Source: Priapulus caudatus (taxonomy: Eukaryota). Taken from it: a stretch of DNA of 64,000 nucleotides. The position numbers were made by a program, and so were the translations under genes. The notes under the pieces were generated by a model. It was not told the origin of the DNA and searched no databases. It saw nothing but the letters and a program-made list of their open reading frames with translations. Below, one piece after another: positions 60,691 to 64,000 of this stretch. The stretch covers positions 175,657-239,656 of the forward strand of contig NW_014577070.1 in NCBI RefSeq assembly GCF_000485595.1, read 5' to 3'. Position 1 is the first letter of the stretch. Each line of letters starts with the position of its first letter.

Positions 60691-61269
60691 NNNNNNNNNN
60701 NNNNNNNNNNNNNNNNNNNNNNNNNNNNNNNNNNNNNNNNNNNNNNNNNNNNNNNNNNNNNNNNNNNNNNNNNNNNNNNNNNNNNNNNNNNNNNNNNNNN
60801 NNNNNNNNNNNNNNNNNNNNNNNNNNNNNNNNNNNNNNNNNNNNNNNNNNNNNNNNNNNNNNNNNNNNNNNNNNNNNNNNNNNNNNNNNNNNNNNNNNNN
60901 NNNNNNNNNNNNNNNNNNNNNNNNNNNNNNNNNNNNNNNNNNNNNNNNNNNNNNNNNNNNNNNNNNNNNNNNNNNNNNNNNNNNNNNNNNNNNNNNNNNN
61001 NNNNNNNNNNNNNNNNNNNNNNNNNNNNNNNNNNNNNNNNNNNNNNNNNNNNNNNNNNNNNNNNNNNNNNNNNNNNNNNNNNNNNNNNNNNNNNNNNNNN
61101 NNNNNNNNNNNNNNNNNNNNNNNNNNNNNNNNNNNNNNNNNNNNNNNNNNNNNNNNNNNNNNNNNNNNNNNNNNNNNNNNNNNNNNNNNNNNNNNNNNNN
61201 NNNNNNNNNNNNNNNNNNNNNNNNNNNNNNNNNNNNNNNNNNNNNNNNTTAATGCATGACTAGTGCGAC

Positions 61270-63165
61270 TGGGGAACAACACTAATGTTCAGAGTAAAGA
61301 GGGTCTTAATAACTAAATATGAGGAACAACACTAATGTTCGGAGTAAAGAGGGTCTTAATAACTAAATATGAAGAACAACACTAATGTTCAGAGTAAAGA
61401 GGGTCTTAATAACTAAATATGAGGAACAACACTAATGTTCCGAGTAAAGAGGGTCTTAATAACTAAATATGAGGAACAACACTAATGTTTGGAGTAAGGC
61501 TCGAGGGTCTTAATAACTAAATATAAGGAACAACACTAATGTTCAGAGTAAGGAGGGTCTTAATAACTAAATATAAGGAACAACACTAATGTTCGGAGTA
61601 AGGAGGGTCTTAATAACTAAATATGAGGAACAACACTAATGTTCGGAGTAAGGATATCGAGGGTCTTAATAACTAAATATGAGGAACAACAATAATGTTC
61701 AGAGTAAAGAGGGTCTTAATAACTAAATATGAGGAACAACACTAATGTTCGGAGTAAGGAGGGTCTTAATAACTAAATATAAAGAACAACAATAATGTTC
61801 AGCGTAAGGAGGGTCTTAATAACTAAATATAAAGAACAAAACTAATGTTCAGAGTAAAGAGAGTCTTAATAACTAAATATAAGGAACAACACTAATGTTC
61901 GGAGTAAGGAGGGTCTTAATAACTAAATATGAAGAACAGCACTAATGTTCAGAGTAAGGAGGGTCTTAATAACTAAATATGGGGAACAACACTATAATGT
62001 TCAGAGTAAGGAGGGTCTTAGTAACTAAATATGGGGAACAACACTAATGTTCAGAGTAAGGAGGGTCTTAGTAACTAAATATGAGGAACAACACTAATGT
62101 TCCGGATAAGGAGGTGCTTAATGACCAACTACTACTCAGTGGTCGATCTAGATGGGGGTTGGGGGCGGGTTCCAACCCCCCACCCCGTTCAGCCACTGAC
62201 TAATGTTATGATACTAGTAAATGGGGCCAAAAATAAAAAAAACTCAGTCTGCAGGCTGATAGAAACTAGGTATTTCCCCTATAACCACGCAGCTGCATGA
62301 ACTGTCAGATCCTGAACACTGTCACATTGGGGGAGCACTATATAACTCCTACGGACCTATACATCTTCTTGAGTCACGCCCCGTCACGTGGTCGAGGTTG
62401 CCGAGTAACGGTTTACACTTTCAAGTTCGCCGTATTTTCCCGATCTAACGAGTGCGCATGCTCATAGGGCATGTATGTTCGTAATGTATTAAACTTGGCG
62501 CGAGAGCAATTTGTAGAAAATAACTTGTCTTAACACTCTGAAAGTCTAGAGTCTAAGTGCTAAAGTCTTAGAAGAAGGATAACTGTCTCAGTTGAGAGCA
62601 TATATATTTGAGCTAGACGTATATCTGGTAAACCAAAGTGCATTTAGTAACATAAATAAAATTAGCTTACAGAAATAATAATGTAACACCCGGGTGTAAC
62701 ACTAACATCATGTGTTCAATCATGGTATGTAGTAGTTTCTTTACAAGTACCAATAAGAATAACGCACGTAATCCAAACTTCCAACATTCAACATTAAAAT
62801 ATTTTTTCAACTGGGAGCATTCACTGCACATTCACTTCAAATGTAAACAATTTTCCAGGTGGGAGGGGGCATGTCCCCGGACCACCCTAGCACCGCGTGC
62901 CTTCGGCACGCCTTCGCTCAAATATCACCCCCTTCTCCTCAAAGCTAGATCCGCCCCTGCTACTGGGAAACAACACCAATGTTCGGGTAAGAAAGTGCTT
63001 CATTACTAACTACTAGGAAACAACACCAATGTTCGGGTAAGAAAGTGCTTCATTACTAACTACTAGGAAACAACACTAAACTTCTGGGTGAGAAAGTGCT
63101 TAATAGCTAACTACTACCGGGGAGCAAAACTAATGTTCGGGGTAAAGAAGGGCTTAATGACTAAC
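61270..63165. repeat. 50-bp minisatellite (61270-62125, about 17 copies) continuing as diverged units at 62960-63165, interrupted by a hAT-like MITE (about 62138-62959)
   Basis: Unit gaggaacaacactaatgttcggagtaaagagggtcttaataactaaatat; insert ends cagtggtcgatctag ... ctagatccgcccctg. Confidence 0.85.
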
Positions 63166-63219
63166 TGCTCCTGTTGGCTATTTATTCGATGCGGTGGTGT
63201 CCTTTGCGCACATACGTAC

Positions 63220-63350
63220 CCGTGATTACTTCACCGGCTATGCCAGAGCCACACAGCACAAGCTTGACGATTCCTTCAAACGGGATATGTTTGAGTTTTC
63301 CGGGTCCTGGAAATGTCACTTGGCATCGGAATGGCTTTCCTGTTCTCTGT
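63220..63350 (-). CDS. TMEM45: TMEM45-family penultimate coding exon (first exon lies beyond the window)
   Basis: tttcgctcag acceptor, G|gtacgt donor. Reads QRTGKPFRCQVTFPGPGKLKHIPFEGIVKLVLCGSGIAGEVIT; phase 1 matches the last exon (G+CC = Ala). Confidence 0.8.
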
Positions 63351-64000
63351 CTGAGCGAAATATTCAAAACAGCGATTAATTATTTCTTTCATTCAAAATC
63401 GGCGCAATGTAGAACGAGAAATTAGAATGACAAGGCGTGCGGAATAGGGAGAAAATTAAATGTACTGTCGATGAAAATCGCCACGTGTGCGCCACCCGGC
63501 GACAATTCAACCGTCTGTCAGCGACATACCATTGTATGAACTGTACGTGACCTGTTCAAACCACACCACGGGCGCTGCCAATATTTGATCACGTGCTTCA
63601 AATCATGCATTTGATTGGTTAATCCAAAAACTGTTGCCCGGATCGCATCGCCAGTGCGGCGCACCACGCAGCGATTGTTCAGCGACTGGGCAACAAATAT
63701 CAAATATGTTTGATATTCCAGCGACGATTTTCTGGAGTCAAAATCCGTGACGCCGGGCAGCGCACACGTGGCGATTTCTCGGCGATTTTGTTGCTGGCGA
63801 CAGAATCGCCGGTTCGTGCGACAAAAATCGCCACGTGTGCGCCGGGCTTAAAGATATATTACTCAGTCCGTATATAATAAGCCGGGCGCACACGTGGCGA
63901 TTTTTATCGCTAGTAGGCCTACTGGCGATTTTGTTGTCGGCGACAGAATCGCCGAGAGATCGCCACGTGCATGTGCGCTGCATGGCGATGGCGATTTTGA

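Overview
Intron-rich, repeat-rich animal genomic DNA, probably a marine invertebrate (TTAGGG-type repeats, mosaic CpG depletion). It is a draft assembly with N gaps and indel-rich duplicated segments. Four spliced protein-coding genes can be reconstructed by hand. (1) The 3' half of SNAP-25 (+), with TWO duplicated alternative terminal exons encoding the end of the second SNARE helix. (2) LRRC57 (-), tail-to-tail with SNAP-25 as SNAP23-LRRC57 is in human. (3) CIP2A/KIAA1524 (+, 20 coding exons), head-to-head with LRRC57; it contains a U12-type AT-AC intron, and parts are duplicated, probably by assembly. (4) The last two coding exons of a TMEM45-family gene (-). Introns and intergenic DNA hold many transposon remnants: four unrelated 9-bp-TSD MITEs each carrying telomere-like repeats, a P-like foldback MITE with a Helitron at its centre, Academ-, Harbinger- and Helentron-like non-autonomous elements, an internally deleted ISL2EU-like element, a Penelope-like element with a minimal hammerhead ribozyme, a scrambled R4/Dong-like LINE and several minisatellites. 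Most ORFs in the six-frame track are microsatellite or N-gap artefacts. All homology calls are from recalled protein sequences and motifs; no database search was run.
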